DNA of 63,958 nt, filler included, from Octopus bimaculoides (lineage: Eukaryota), in NCBI RefSeq assembly GCF_001194135.2. It is 8 parts of 7 records of this genome, joined end to end, with 100 filler letters (N's around TTAATTAATTAA, not from the genome) between each part and the next. Parts side by side here need not be neighbours in the genome. Positions count along the whole stretch, not along the records: positions 1 to 29,882 come from NC_068983.1; 7 more parts are not named here. The stretch is one strand, 5' to 3'. The translations under genes were made by a program, and so were the position numbers. Below, in pieces: positions 1-13,712 of the stretch. How positions within the stretch are numbered: the first letter of the stretch is position 1; every line of letters starts with the position of its first letter. Below the pieces are notes generated by a model that saw only the letters and a list, made by a program, of their open reading frames with translations, searched no databases and was not told where the DNA came from.

Positions 1-119
1 ATATATATTGTGTGTGTGTGTGTGCGCGTACGTGTGTATGTGTGCATAACTGCACTGACAGATCCGCATTTACGTATTTACTTTAGTAAGTACGTATATG
101 TCAACACATTATTATTCGA

Positions 120-960
120 CATAACAAGCATATGAGGCCTCGTTGAAACCATCTTTATGAATTCGAATGCTCTTTGAAATAAAAGTTAGCTGTATTCTGC
201 TAGACTCACTGCTGTATTCTTTGAAACCACTTTCAATTAGTTTGTGCTATCAAACTTTGTAAATGAAGATTGACCCACATTGAACCGAGCGGGTGGAAGT
301 CAATGGCACCGGATCCGGGATGAACGGTGGAAGGACAGACCAGCATGACTTCATAGCGTATTGATATGATGACCGTGAATCGTTTTCAGATTCTTGTTCA
401 GTCTCTTTCTTTTTAATATTTTGTTTAAGTATTTTTTGAGGTTTAGTGTACCGTTAGCTTTTCATGGCATGTCCACTGCCCATAAAATCAAGGAGAATGT
501 CGCACTTGTCATCTCTCAAAATATTCATCATGATGTTTCTGTACCTATTACTGATTCTTCTGAGGACTTGGAGAAGATGTGTGACATCATATTATTGGAA
601 AAAAAGTATCTTCATAGGCTTCAAACTCTTCTAACAGATGAGCCTTCCGCTATCTTTGTCAATGCTTTATGATCACAATCAGGTGCATCAAGCTCAGAGA
701 CTGTGACTCGTATGTTCGAGAAAAAGAATTCGTTCATTCGCTGGCGATTTGCATCTGTGGTCTCCGTTTATGTATTCTGCTGCACAGTTTTTCCTCACTA
801 CTGTTTCATTTATTTTAAACGTCTTCATTCAACTATGAACATTACTATTGCAAATGGTATCTTAAACTAAGTGCAGTCTTCTGTGGACGCCGGAGCCCAA
901 AACGAAATGACGGCAGGTTGTTTCTGCTTGGAACCTATTTTTCTGTCCGCAATGAAGGAG
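120..960 (-). mobile_element. Highly degenerate mariner (DD34D-type) transposase remnant
   Basis: Minus-strand pieces in changing frames: RVTVSELDA (HTH), VIGTETS (cf. IVTGDETW), and WSVLPP..PDPVP plus DFHPLGSM (cf. WTVLPHPPYSPDLAPSDFHLFGSM). Many stops and frameshifts; TIRs not found. Confidence 0.55.
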
Positions 961-1003
961 AATATGGGGAAGAGCTACTTTCACCAACATATACGTATAA
1001 TGT

Positions 1004-1387
1004 GTGGAGGCGCAATGGCCCAGTAATTAGGGCAGCGGACTCGTGGTCATAGGATCGCGGTTTCGATTCCCAGACCGGGCGTTGTGAGTGTTTATTGAGC
1101 GAAAACACCTAAAGCTCCACTAGGCTCCGGCAGGGGATGGTGACGAACCCCACTACTTTCTCTCACTCTTACTTCCAGTTTCTGTTGTACCTGTATTTCA
1201 AAGGGTCAGCCTTGTCACACTGTGTCACGCTGAATCTCCCCGAAAACTACATTAAGGGTACACGTGTCTGTGGAGTGCTCAGCCACTTGCACGTTAATTT
1301 CACGAGCAGGCTGTTCCGTTGATCGGATCAACTGGAACCCTCGACGTCGTAAGCGACGGAGTGCCAACAACAACAACAACAACAACA
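1004..1387 (+). mobile_element. Full-length tRNA-derived SINE with (CAA)n tail and 11-bp TSD
   Basis: A-box-like TGGCCCAGTAATTAG, B-box-like GGTTTCGATTCCC, (CAA)n tail. ACGTATAATGT direct repeat at 993-1003 and 1388-1398. A second copy lies at 51987-52322 (-) and a tail fragment near 22735-22790. Confidence 0.9.
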
Positions 1388-1396
1388 ACGTATAAT

Positions 1397-1548
1397 GTAG
1401 TGAGCTGGCACAATCGTACGCATGTCGGGGAAAATGCTTAGCGCCATTTCGTCCGTCTTTACGTTCTGAGTTCAAATTCCACTGGGATCGATGTGACCGA
1501 TCTACCCCACCCCCGAAGTTGTTGGCTTTGTGCCGAAATTTGAACCAA
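1397..1548 (+). mobile_element. Octopus-type SINE family A, internally deleted
   Basis: Shares GAGCTGGCA head and GTTCTGAGTTCAAATTCC B-box segment with the copies at 4033 and 51030. Confidence 0.75.
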
Positions 1549-2455
1549 TATACAAATATATAATAAAGGTCTTTATAAATGTCTTTGTAATAGCGAATGA
1601 CTAATCTCGAGTGCTGACTATCTTCCTAATTTAATTCTGTATAAAAGAAGAAGGGAAAATGAGGGAAAATTCAGGAATGCTGTGTGCGCAGTCGGTCATA
1701 CACGCACATTCACACACCCGCATATTCTTTCATGTCTGTGTAGAAGTTTGTATGGGAGGATTATTATCTCTAGTTGTATTATTTAAAGATATATTGATGT
1801 GAAAAATTGAATATTGACATTTGATGTTTTATAAACGTGGATTACGTTTACAGTGGAATGTGTCCTGTCATTTCAGATTATTTTCATATGTTAACATCAG
1901 TGATTTAACTGAAATGCTTATTCAGCGAAAAATAAAATACCAGCTTATATCATATGGAAGTTCAACATGAGACGTCGATAATATCTTAAGGATCTAGAGT
2001 AGACTATACTTTATATATTGATATTTGGATAAATTCGCCAGCAAAAATACTTAAGTAAATTTAATCGTATAATCCAGTAACGTAATATATTCAGTTTGAC
2101 AATCTATCTTCTGTGATTTGAATTGATAATTAGAAAGTTAATTAGGAGATACATATTTTAGAATTGATATATATCGATGCTGTATATTCTTAACATGATA
2201 TTAATTCAAGATTTATGGACAGCTAACCAATTTCCTGCTTTCTATTTCATATACGAATATTGAAAAGAAGTTTTTGTTTAGCCCACTATGGCTCTGATAG
2301 AGCTTATATACGTTGAAATACATTGACACTGTCATTATTTAGGACAACATTATTGAATATACTTTGATTTCTTTAAGCATTGAGCTGTGAAAATTTGATT
2401 GTTATTCTAGCAGGTCGAGCGTCTAACTAGATGTCACAGTGTGATGTAAAGTTCC

Positions 2456-2676
2456 CTCCCGAGTCATTAAACTCGTGGGGCCGTTTTCCCGGTTTCCCCA
2501 CCTAAACGGGACACTATTTCGCCGTAGGAGTACTCATTTTTGCCAACTGGATAAATTGAAGAAATGTGAAATGAAGTGTTATACTCAAGAACACAACGCG
2601 TCACCCGGTCCAGGGATCGAAACCACAAACTTATGATCATGGGTCCAACACCCTAAACACTAAGCCACGCGCCTTC
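2456..2676 (-). mobile_element. tRNA-derived SINE with CORE/Meta-like central segment
   Basis: Reverse complement reads GGCGCGTGGCTTAGTG...GGTTTCGATCCCTGG, then TTGTGTTCTTGAG..ACACTTCATTTCAC..AAAAATGAGTAC. The domain name is tentative. Confidence 0.7.
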
Positions 2677-4032
2677 GTTATATATATATATATATATCTG
2701 TAAATATTATATACACACCCGTACGGACACACACACATTTATATATATACGTATAAGGCATTAGAAATATCAACTTTTACGATGAACATAAATATGTGTG
2801 GGCGCGCGATGGTGTGTAAGTATGTGCGTGTATGTATATGTGTNNNNNNNNNNTATATATATATAAATACACTCACATACACACACATATACATATATAT
2901 ATATATATATATCTGTAAATATTATATACACACCCGTACGGACACACACACATTTATATATATACGTATAAGGCATTAGAAATATCAACTTTTACGATGA
3001 ACATAAATATGTGTGGGCGCGCGATGGTGTGTAAGTATGTGCGTGTATGTATATGTGTGTGCATGTGTATGTATGTATGCATGTGTATGTATATGAGTGT
3101 GAGTGTATGTATGTGTGTGTATGTGTGTGTGTTTAAAATATAAAGTGTGAATTCCTTAAACTGATATTTCGATTCTATTCTCCCTTACTCTTGTTAGTAG
3201 ATTCCAGCATAATTCTATATAATATGTTTTCGTTTACGATAAACCATATTAAAAATAATAATATTCAAACCACTTCTCATCTGTATGGTGACGACTAAAT
3301 TCAAATTTATCTCAGAAAACGTTTTACCTTAGAAATGTGCAGTGTACATATCAAGATGTATATAAAATACTGCACCACTTGTGTATATGTGTGCATATGT
3401 TTGTGTGTGTGTGTAGTTGTGTATTTGTGTGTGTGTGTGTGTGTTTGCTCTTTATCATAAGTCTAATGAAATGTGTCAATGAAAATTTCTAATCTCCCAC
3501 CTAATATTCTGTGTAATGTAATAGTCAATGTTATTAGACTTATATTTTCATTATCTCCCGATCTACCTGCCTTTAGAGAGGATTCACAATTCACTAATGA
3601 ATCATTTAAGTGTAATAGGATTTGAGATAACATAAATTACATATCCAAACAATTTTTCCCAGACGTAGAATTAGAAGTAGGAAATCTTTGAAGCGCATTG
3701 CAATTCTTAATTTGAGTTTTTGTACATATGTTAACCACAGACTTCCTAAATTCTGCCTGATTTTTATTTTACAGAGTACATAGATACAAAATCATGGATA
3801 GATACAAGATCCAATCTATTAATTTCATTAAAGTTAAACATCTGTCAAACAGCCGTAGATCATTTACCGAAGTAACGCGTAATTGTATAAAATCTTCTAA
3901 CAGCATGATTGAGGGAACTCTCTCGCCAGCTCTTTGGCATACTGTGCCAAGGTAGGACTGAGTTTTAGATATCAACCGAAATCGTGTGTTGGAGCGACAA
4001 CAAACTATTTGAGACAAGATATTACTCACATT

Positions 4033-4454
4033 AAGGCGACGAGCAGGCAGAAACGTTAGCACGCCGGGCGAAATGCTTAGCGTTATTTCGTCTGCCGTTA
4101 CGTTCTGAGTTCAAATTCCACCGAGGTCGACTTTGCCTTTCATCCTTTCGAGGTCAATAAATTAAGTACCTGTTACGCACTGGGGTCGATGTAATCGACT
4201 TAATCCCCTTGTTTGTCCCTTCTATGTTTAGCCTCTTGTGGGCAATAAAGAAATAAGAAACTTTAGCACGCGAAATTCTTAGTGGTATTCCGTCTGTCTT
4301 TACGTTCTGGGTTCAAATTCTGCTAAGGTCGACTTTGCCTTTCTTCATTTCGGTATCAATAAATTAAGCACCAGTTGCCTACTGAGGTCGATCTAATCGA
4401 CTGGCCCCCTCCTCCAAAATTATAGGCCTTGCGCCTAGAGAAGAAAAGATATTA
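4033..4454 (+). mobile_element. Tandem pair of family-A SINEs
   Basis: First copy 4033-4256 is near-identical to 51030-51265. Second, 5'-truncated copy 4257-4454 ends in CCTAGAGAAGAAAAGA. Confidence 0.9.
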
Positions 4455-5293
4455 CTTATACATACATTTTTTGGTCAATATAAAAAGAGTTTAAATTGTT
4501 TCTAGTTTATTCAAAGATCGAGGGTTACTTATAACAATCCATTTATATATCATGACTTTCCTTTGATTGCACGCCTACTTGCAACTACAGTTAAAACAGA
4601 AACTTATTATTCGACAAACGCTCCATAGATTCTAGAAATGATATTCTGTCTAACTGTTTGCACAAATCAAGTTATATACTTAAAAATTTACAGAAGAATA
4701 AATATAAGATCCACCATAAAATTCAATGAGAATTTGTTTACCCTCTCAATCATTCTATTTTCTTTTTCTTTCTCCTCATAATTGCTTTTGGTGTTCTTCA
4801 ACTACCACATTCAATCTTTTGTTGTTGAACAGAGAGAGAAGAACATTCCTTGCTGTTTATTATATTATTATACAGTTTTAGGCTGTAAATGAAGAGGTCT
4901 GAGAGCTCTTAAAGAAAAACGATTTTTCTACATTCTCCATTCTTCACTATTATATGTTTTCTTATCTTGTTACTGTGTTTCTTTCTCTAATAGTATTATA
5001 ACTCTGTAGCATCGAAGCATGAATGGTATTCTCGGAAGATTTTCACCTAATGCGGATCTAATTATAACATTCTTGATATTATTTTTAAAAAATCATATCT
5101 CTTTCATTTTAACTTATTATAAACAGACAATCAAATACTTTTATCTTCATTTGTTACCTGGATATTCTTATTAAAATCTTCTCTTATATTCCTCGAATTT
5201 CATTGAAGATTAGAAAAAATCACAGAATCTGAAGTTTCAATTTCAATAAAACGTTTTGAGTACCTACATTTCAGTGTTAAAGTCTGTCATACC

Positions 5294-5333
5294 GGCCATG
5301 ACGAAGGGAAATAACCCTGAAACTCGAGTCGCC
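5294..5333 (+). ncRNA. Degenerate minimal type-I hammerhead-like motif
   Basis: GGC-C(A)TGACGA-AGGG/aaataa/CCCT-GAAA-CTCGAG-TC-GCC. Helix II 4 bp, palindromic ACTCGAGT, helix I 3 bp; one extra base in the core. Confidence 0.5.
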
Positions 5334-8300
5334 TTTATATATTTATATATTTGATCCTTTATATTGAACACTCAATATTTCATCTACATTCAATACTTTA
5401 TTTCATGGTGCCATCCATTTTTATTTTATATTATATATTGTATATTCCATATTCTATATCCCACATTGGTTCTGCAGGAATATAAATAAAACATAAAAAA
5501 CAGACAGTGTTGGNNNNNNNNNNNNNNNNNNNNNNNNNNNNNNNNNNNNNNNNNNNNNNNNNNNNNNNNNNNNNNNNNNNNNNNNNNNNNNNNNNNNNNN
5601 NNNNNNNNNNNNNNNNNNNNNNNNNNNNNNNNNNNNNNNNNNNNNNNNNNNNNNNNNNNNNNNNNNNNNNNNNNNNNNNNNNNNNNNNNNNNNNNNNNNN
5701 NNNNNNNNNNNNNNNNNNNNNNNNNNNNNNNNNNNNNNNNNNNNNNNNNNNNNNNNNNNNNNNNNNNNNNNNNNNNNNNNNNNNNNNNNNNNNNNNNNNN
5801 NNNNNNNNNNNNNNNNNNNNNNNNNNNNNNNNNNNNNNNNNNNNNNNNNNNNNNNNNNNNNNNNNNNNNNNNNNNNNNNNNNNNNNNNNATATATACATA
5901 CATACACAACATATGAATACTTACATATACGCACGGATACACACATACATATGTACGTATGTACAAAACCGGTTTAATTGCCCGTCTAAACCCCCACGTG
6001 CTATATGGTCAAAATAACACTGCAGTGAATATAATGACGAAATAAATAACAATCTTACTAAAACTTTATGGAGGATTCCTGTCCTACGACAACTTTGTAT
6101 GCAGAATCTTTCTGTACTTTAATCTTCATCATTACTGATATAATCCGCATCAAAGTACTCTACACTGTATCATAAAATTTGAAATTACATTTTCATCTTG
6201 CCCACTGTTCTATGGATTATAAATTCATTTTCAAACTTATTTGTTCCGTTATTATGAACATCAATCAACATTTAAATCATGCATTAGTTTAATTTCATTT
6301 CGAATTATTCTAAAGTACGTTAAGGAAAACATTTGTGCACTTTTCACCATAAAACATGAAAATATGCTACTCTAGTTTTATACGGATTCAGAAATAGGAT
6401 GGTACCGATTACGATAGGGAATTACTATCTCTCAGTCTACGTAACGGTTCGAACTGCTGAAATTTCTCTCATGTAACGGCGAAATTGTCAATTAGATTTT
6501 ACTTATATGCAACTGCCTTTCAACAGAAATTGGGGCTCTGAGACGTTTTAAAAAATTAATTTAAGTTATATAGATTATACTGTTAGCTCACGAACGCACA
6601 TTCAGGTAAGTTCTCGTTCTGCATGTAACTACTTTGTAAGTACTCAAACCATCATTTTTTATATATGTAACAAATCATCCAATATATATAGGCTATTGTA
6701 TAGCAATCTCATTCACTCGATTAACTAGCTTGAAAAGAGAGGGGTGCCTATAAAGATAAAGCAGCTAAAGAACACAGACTTGCTTGGACAGTACGAATCT
6801 TCTGCAGAGTTCTCGAAATTTCAATGAAAAGTGTTATCTTAGCTTCCTGGTTGCACATAGCTGACACCTTGTTGCAGTATCCAACCAAATTGCTATCTAA
6901 AATATACAACAATAATAAGAGCAATATATGTATGTATTAATAGAGCTTGTTTTGTTTCAGCACTGAACTATATTATAGAGAGTGTTGTAATGTATAGACA
7001 AATGCATGCACCTTGCTTTTATATACCATATTTATTTAAATATACAACAAACATATCAGTTGGACCATTTTCATGCCTGCATTTATATTTCATCAGAAAT
7101 CTGGTATTCTCTTTTAGTGCGAATGAAAACGTTTTTTGTTGTAAATCCACTGTTTTATATTACAAAATAATCTGTAACATATAGAAAACACTTGTAAAAT
7201 ACCTTTGTGGACTGAAATATAAAAACCTTATCATTTTTAACCCTTCGAGACTGTAACTATCTATGGAAATAGTGCTTATGATTCATCAATTACTAACATG
7301 ACTGATTTGCATATGAAACGCATTCTTTCAACTAATAAATTACTGGTATGGTAACAGTGCTTGTTTGCTTTCAGTGCTCCACAGGAAATGAAGACTCACT
7401 CGGCGTACATTCAATCCTGTGCTAAAATTTCCTCAATAATAAAGTAGTTTCTTTCACAGTCCATGGAGGAACTTCTCACACATCTGTTATTTTGGCCTTA
7501 AGTAAATCGCATGCATCAATTTGCTTATGTAACGCTTTCTCGGCAGGTGGTCCCATTAATAACAGTGCTTTAATTGTACTTTGGTGAGTAATTGTGTAAT
7601 AACAGAAAATATTGAGCTAACAGAAATATAAATATAATTATAAGACAAAAACATGTCAGTAGCCTTCACCGTTCCTGCTAATAAAGATGAGGTTTTTCTG
7701 CTAAGGATGGAAAAATTAAATTTTTTCTGGATGATCAATTCGTAATCTCGTCAAATTATCAACTCTTTTCTAAGAAGTCAAAAATAATTGTTGTTGGGCT
7801 TTTGGTCTTCTTGGTTCACCTAAGAGGCGAATTTCACCTCTTTGAGAATATTTCGCGTCTGTAATTCACTTCATCACCATAGAATGATAAATAGATTGGA
7901 ACAATTTACTGCGAGATTCTGTTCAGGTTCACCCTGCTTGGGAATTGTGATGACATGAATCTGGCGATTAAATCGTTTTGTTATAATTATAGAGTTCAGT
8001 TGTTATTACAACAGTATTTAACCATTTCTTTGTATTTCCTGTTTAAAATATTCGTTGTTTCATTCATTATTTGGAATTTTTCTTTAGCATAGATTGTAAA
8101 ACATTCTTTCATTATCCATTTTCGTTTCTGTGGTTTTGGATAGATCATGCAAGTTTTTGAAAACTAGTGATGGTTTCTATTATTTGAAAATTTAAATGCG
8201 GATTTGGATTACTGTATGGAATTTAAGGAGCTCTCACAAATCTAATGTACGATTGTTCGTGTTCAAAGATTTAAACGATTAAGATAATATAACCTTTAAA

Positions 8301-8922
8301 AAATAATCGCCTCCTTTTAACTGAATATGCGATCATTGTACGAAATCTAAGCGAAAAATTTAAATGGAAATATATAGCCGTAAATAGTGGAGAGTTTATG
8401 ATTAACAAGTGACAACAGTAAATGAAAATATAAGACTACTTATATTTGATTTAATGCACGAAAAGAATCTCATCAAATGTGTGTTTATTTAAATTGTAAC
8501 GTTATATGGTTTCATTCGCACATTTCAGGGAAGACCTTAAAGTGAAATACTCAAACATATTGTTCAACAACACACGTTGAACATTCCTGAGAGAAAGCAA
8601 ACAAAGAGAAGCGCAACTTTTAATGCTTCATGCCCTAACCTACCAGAATAAATATAGACGAACTTAAGCGAACTATGTAGATTAACCTTAGCTGCACTAC
8701 AAGCTAGGTAGTGCAGCCAAGTGGGAACTTTTGGTAAATAATTTAAGGAGATTTCGCTTCATAATTGTCAACTTCAATTCAATTTCTACTGTGTTTAATA
8801 ATGGCATGAGGCATTTTATAATGTATACCGGTGTGTGCTGTTATCTCCCGCTGCCCCACCGAGCTAAGCAACATTTAATATAAGACGATATAATCACCTT
8901 GCATATACAGAGCTGAATTTTG

Positions 8923-8989
<67 letters not shown>
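8923..8989. repeat. (CTAT)n microsatellite
   Basis: Direct reading. Confidence 0.95.
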
Positions 8990-10241
8990 AGATTTGTCTC
9001 TCTCTACCTGGCATGCATCTGAGTCATATAGTACACTTAGTTTATAATACGTGTAATTTTGTGAGGGTAAAATCTAATGCACCCGTTACTTTATATTCCT
9101 ATCTATCTTTATCAAGGACTTGGTGTGCTTGTCTGTTTGAATATCTGCTGTTAATTAGTGCTTGTTTATTCTGTAGATATCTCTCTCTTGTAATACATTA
9201 GTGGAAGAATATCTATATTCTCTGCAAATTAGTGAATTAATCGCCATCACTTGGTGATTATGTGGGCATCCGTTATCTTCGAGTCGATATATGCACTTAA
9301 TTGTAACTTTTGTGCGTGCTATTGTAACGCATCTGTTGTTTCTTTTTAGCAAACAACCCACCGCACATATTAACAAGGGACGTATTCGGACCTACGGTAG
9401 AAGAAACTAATCGGAAACTATATTGCGGTCCTCCCACCAATGACAGTCCACGCAACTTGTCCTGGTAGGTGTAGAGCGAGCATGTTGAGGAGCGTGTCCC
9501 AGAACCCGAGCGGTTGCGAGACGGACAGCCGTTGCGAACGAAAGTGTAATGATGGCTGCCTCTGATAGGACATTATAGAGGAGGTCTCTGAGGATACTAC
9601 CACCCGCGATCGTCTAAGGAATAGTGGGCTGAGATAATGGATGGATAGATATTTACGCTTGGAAATATAGTTGGATTACTACTGATATTGGATGTTGAAT
9701 TTCTACACTTCACCGAGATAGATAAACATTTTATTGCCTGTGCAATATTTATTTGTAGAGGCAAAATGTATTAAAAATAAGTTAGGTTTGCTTAGGGTAA
9801 TGCTAATTACTAGTAAATTTTTATTGAATAACGTGAATCAATTTTGTAGAGTAAGAAGAACTCGCACAGTAAGAATCTAGAGGAAACTGACTGCAATTTA
9901 AGATATGGTATAGTTTGAGGGCGACGGGTTTCATGAATATCGTTACCTGTTGTGATGTGGAACAGCATAAATGATTGTGAAGTACCGACAGAAAGCGGTA
10001 TTTATGCGGTATTTATGTGTTGTGATGTATGGCGTTTTTGTATGCATGTGTAAATGGCAATTACTTTCTCCATCTCCCACCCCACACACACATTATTTTT
10101 CATATACACGTACATAGTAGAGGTTAAGAATACGCACACCACCCGTTTCCGTTGTAACTCTAAACACGGGAGTGCATATTCTTCACCTTCGTTCAGAAAT
10201 ACATATGTATACATCATTTTTGTGCTTGAAAGAATGTGTTT

Positions 10242-10243
<2 letters not shown>

Positions 10244-10321
<78 letters not shown>

Positions 10322-10335
10322 AAGAGAGAGAGAGA
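10244..10335. repeat. (GA)n microsatellite
   Basis: Direct reading. Confidence 0.95.
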
Positions 10336-11176
10336 GTGCGTGTGTGTGACGGTATTTCCTCATAACATATAGAAAATGGATGTCTTTTAATGCAATTTTT
10401 TTGGTTGCCGATTATTTTAATACAATATTTATGTGTACATTTTCATAAATGTTTGTTTGAGTAGAATTCTACGCATGCTTGAAACATCGGACGAAAGTGA
10501 AACATTGGAAGCAAATCGAAACATTGTCGGAATATGACCTCAAAATTGTGCGACCCAACCTAGTTGCCGAGTTGTAAAAAACAATTGTTGAGTCATAAAC
10601 ATAGTTTATTTGGTCGACAGATAATAAGCAGCTCCTTTTGTTATAATACATATGTGACTAATTTGGAGAAACATTACTTTCATTATTCACACATCGTCAC
10701 TCTCGTAATTTTGTCATTTTGGTTCAAATTGAAAGTGAAACTATTTTCACTTTCTAATGAAACCTGGTCGATGCAGAGAAGTTGAGATAACGTAGAAAAT
10801 ATGTAAATGAAAATAAAGTTTATTTGACATGTGGAATTGATTTGATTGTTCTGGTCTTAACATTAGTTGATAAGAATAGAAGTCATTTGACGACACCTTT
10901 TGTTTGTAACTGGCTATCCTCTTACAGGTTCAGTCGGTGGAATAGTCAAATGATACCCATCTTGTCCATTGCACAGAATAAGAGTATACTAGAGTGCATG
11001 ATAAGAGGGATGATACTGTAAAACACTTTTAAGGTTGTCTCGAACACGAATGAGAATATTATAATTTTTATGGGGATCACCAACCATGAGGATGGCTACT
11101 TTATTAGATGTGGGCTCATTAAAACAGGGTAAAATGTTCTTTACTATAATTTATCATAGACATAAGGAACGCAGAA

Positions 11177-11189
11177 ACACACACACACA

Positions 11190-11251
<62 letters not shown>

Positions 11252-11277
11252 CTCTCTCTCTCTCTCTATCTCTCTCA
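11177..11277. repeat. Compound (CA)n(CT)n microsatellite
   Basis: Direct reading. Confidence 0.95.
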
Positions 11278-12077
11278 CTGGATTGACAATATTGAAAACA
11301 CCAAAATGTACACGTACGAAGTTGAAGCGAAACGAAATGTAGTCAATATAGATGCAAAACATACTTTCTGTAGCATAATTATGCTATAAAAAAATGGAAA
11401 GTCATCAATTTAACAAAAGTTACTATGCGTCACCAATGTAACAAAGTACAGAAAGTTAACATTTATTTGGACGTGTACTAAATGTTATAAAATTCACGAT
11501 TACATATCACATTGAACAAAGTGAAAGTCCAAGAAAATTCAGAGGGCATAATTAAATTTTTCATACAAATATAATCTATTTAACAGTTTTGAAACGAACG
11601 CTGAACCAAGATGCTGTTGTGAACGTTATTTCAAAATATTTGCAGAAGGATGTATGTGGCACGATATAAATTAATTTGGCATTACTATATATTTTTTAAC
11701 TGTGTACCGTTGTAGGCTGTTGAATAAATCCTAACGCACTAAAAAGGTTGTGCGACGTTGACACTCACAGTGATGTAGAAGCTTAGGAGGACTGTTAAAA
11801 TTATCTTGAAACTGGTTAGGAGTGGAGTAACATTTCTGTAATTATATTGAAAGAGCTGTTGAGACTTTCTACTTCACCAAGTTTCTGAATTTGTTATAAT
11901 AACCAGAATAACATTTTTCCGATATATTTGCGAGTATTGTGAGTGGTGTTAAATCAGTCAAATCGTCATGTTGGTAGTACTTGAAACTGAATGTCGTTGT
12001 TCGTTTAAATCCAGGCCTCAACTACCAATGTCGGCGCGTTTCACTGTTGGGTGGGGAAAGTTACATACATAAACTAA

Positions 12078-12186
<109 letters not shown>

Positions 12187-12765
12187 ATATATATATACAT
12201 ACTTTAGAGCACACATGAAGCCTATCGCTGTCCCTGTGTGTGTCAGTCGTCGCAAAAATATATGTATACTGACACACACATATGCCGTCACACACATATT
12301 CTTGTCAGTCATCAACAAAACGTAGGTAGCGAACGCGCGAACACACTCATAAAGAAAATGTGACGTCATCGTCGTTGTGGCAGTGATATAAAATATCGTT
12401 TACGATAGGTGACTAAAATAAAAATGATAATGTCAAATTTTTGTAATGCAAATATGTGAATGAAAATATAGTTTAGTTGGTAGCAAAAAACCTACTGAAT
12501 CTTTAGTTACCCCATACGTCACAACGGCAATTCGTTTTTGGAATGCATGAGGAACATGCACACACATACACGCACACATACACGCACACATACAAACTCT
12601 CTTTTATAGATACAGATAAGGAACATATCAAAACACACACGCACACACATACAAACTCTCTTTTATACATATAAATATATAAAGAGCCGAAGAGGTGGAA
12701 CAAAAGAATGTGGAAGAAGAAAAAAAATAAAAGAAAGAAAATGTAAGGGAGAAAAAGATGATGAA

Positions 12766-12862
12766 AAAGAAGAAGAAGAAGAAGAAGAAGAAGAAGAAGA
12801 AGAAGAAGAAGAAGAAGAAGAAGAAGAAGAAGAAGAAGAAGAAGAAGAAGAAGAAGAAGAAG
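12766..12862. repeat. (AGA)n microsatellite
   Basis: Direct reading. Confidence 0.95.
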
Positions 12863-13581
12863 GAAACGGAGAAGAGGAAAACTGCTCCTTAAATGAGAGA
12901 AACTTTTAAATACTTATTCCTTGTCTTACAGGTATATGCACATTCCTTCCAAAATGAAGGGAGACCATACACCAAAACAGATGAGACGCAACTCACAATT
13001 GCTTAGTATTACGGGTCAGATGTAATCAAAAGAACGCAATTTAATCAAGTACATTTTTGATATTAGTATATTTCAGGAATAAGATACACTTTGTCTATAA
13101 CAAACACTTAAAAGGCACAACAATAAAGGTCAGTATCGAACAAGAAAAATTTAGCGGCTATATTTAGAGGGTAGGTAATGAAATCCAATACAGTTAGGAT
13201 ATCTCAAGCAGAAAACGCTCTTATCAAGATATTTGGCGACATTGTCAGTTATCGAATGATTTGTTATAAAATTATGTTTATCACTGAACGTCTATTTTAG
13301 GAAAAATGACAATTCATATAGGAGAAATTTTCTGTATCGTTAAACCTATGTGATTTTATGTATCACTATAAATAATATTTGAAATTCGCATTCGAGTAGA
13401 TTGAATTATACATTTATAAAACATTAACGTTAAAAAAAAGAGAACACACATACACATATACAGACACATACACGCTTACATATGTAAGCCTTTAGGCGAA
13501 ACTTGACATCTCGTGTAATACGAACTTTACAACATATACACACGCATACACATATACATTAAGATAGATAGATATACACAC

Positions 13582-13623
<42 letters not shown>

Positions 13624-13712
13624 GTTCAAATTTATAGAGACCAAACGACGAAAACAGGTGAAGGAATAGCAAGCAGGTGTATTAGTTTAACACTCGGGAA
13701 GAAAAGAAAAGT

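Larger units (their letters stand above)
3480..5400 (-). mobile_element. Possible ancient Penelope-like RT remnant interrupted by SINEs
   Basis: Weak minus-strand peptide similarities in the expected order: LGENLPRIPF, IVCCRSNT..SYLGT, KLFGYVIYVI (cf. RYVDDIF), NENISLITLTI (cf. ISFLDITI). A hammerhead-like motif lies at 5294. Very decayed. Confidence 0.3.

Noticed and set aside
1004-1080. tRNA gene calls for A/B-box sequences here and at 2600, 44200 and 52250
   Set aside because: They continue into multicopy SINE bodies; no separate cloverleaf gene with a terminator was seen.
1879-1970. Acceptor-like site followed by LFSYVNISDLTEMLIQRKIKYQL
   Set aside because: No recognisable homology and the frame closes before a donor.
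2680-3058. Apparent ~160-bp tandem duplication
   Set aside because: The copies flank a 10-N gap, typical of unmerged overlapping contig ends.
6527-6611. AG...CAG|GTAAGT exon-like segment
   Set aside because: Stops in all three frames, and no support for a non-coding exon from sequence alone.
7062-7100. Minus-strand CTGATGA...GAAA
   Set aside because: No helix II closes next to the core.
11460-11960. Possible hAT transposase C-terminus
   Set aside because: Only vague similarity (NIFPIYLRVL), not enough to call.
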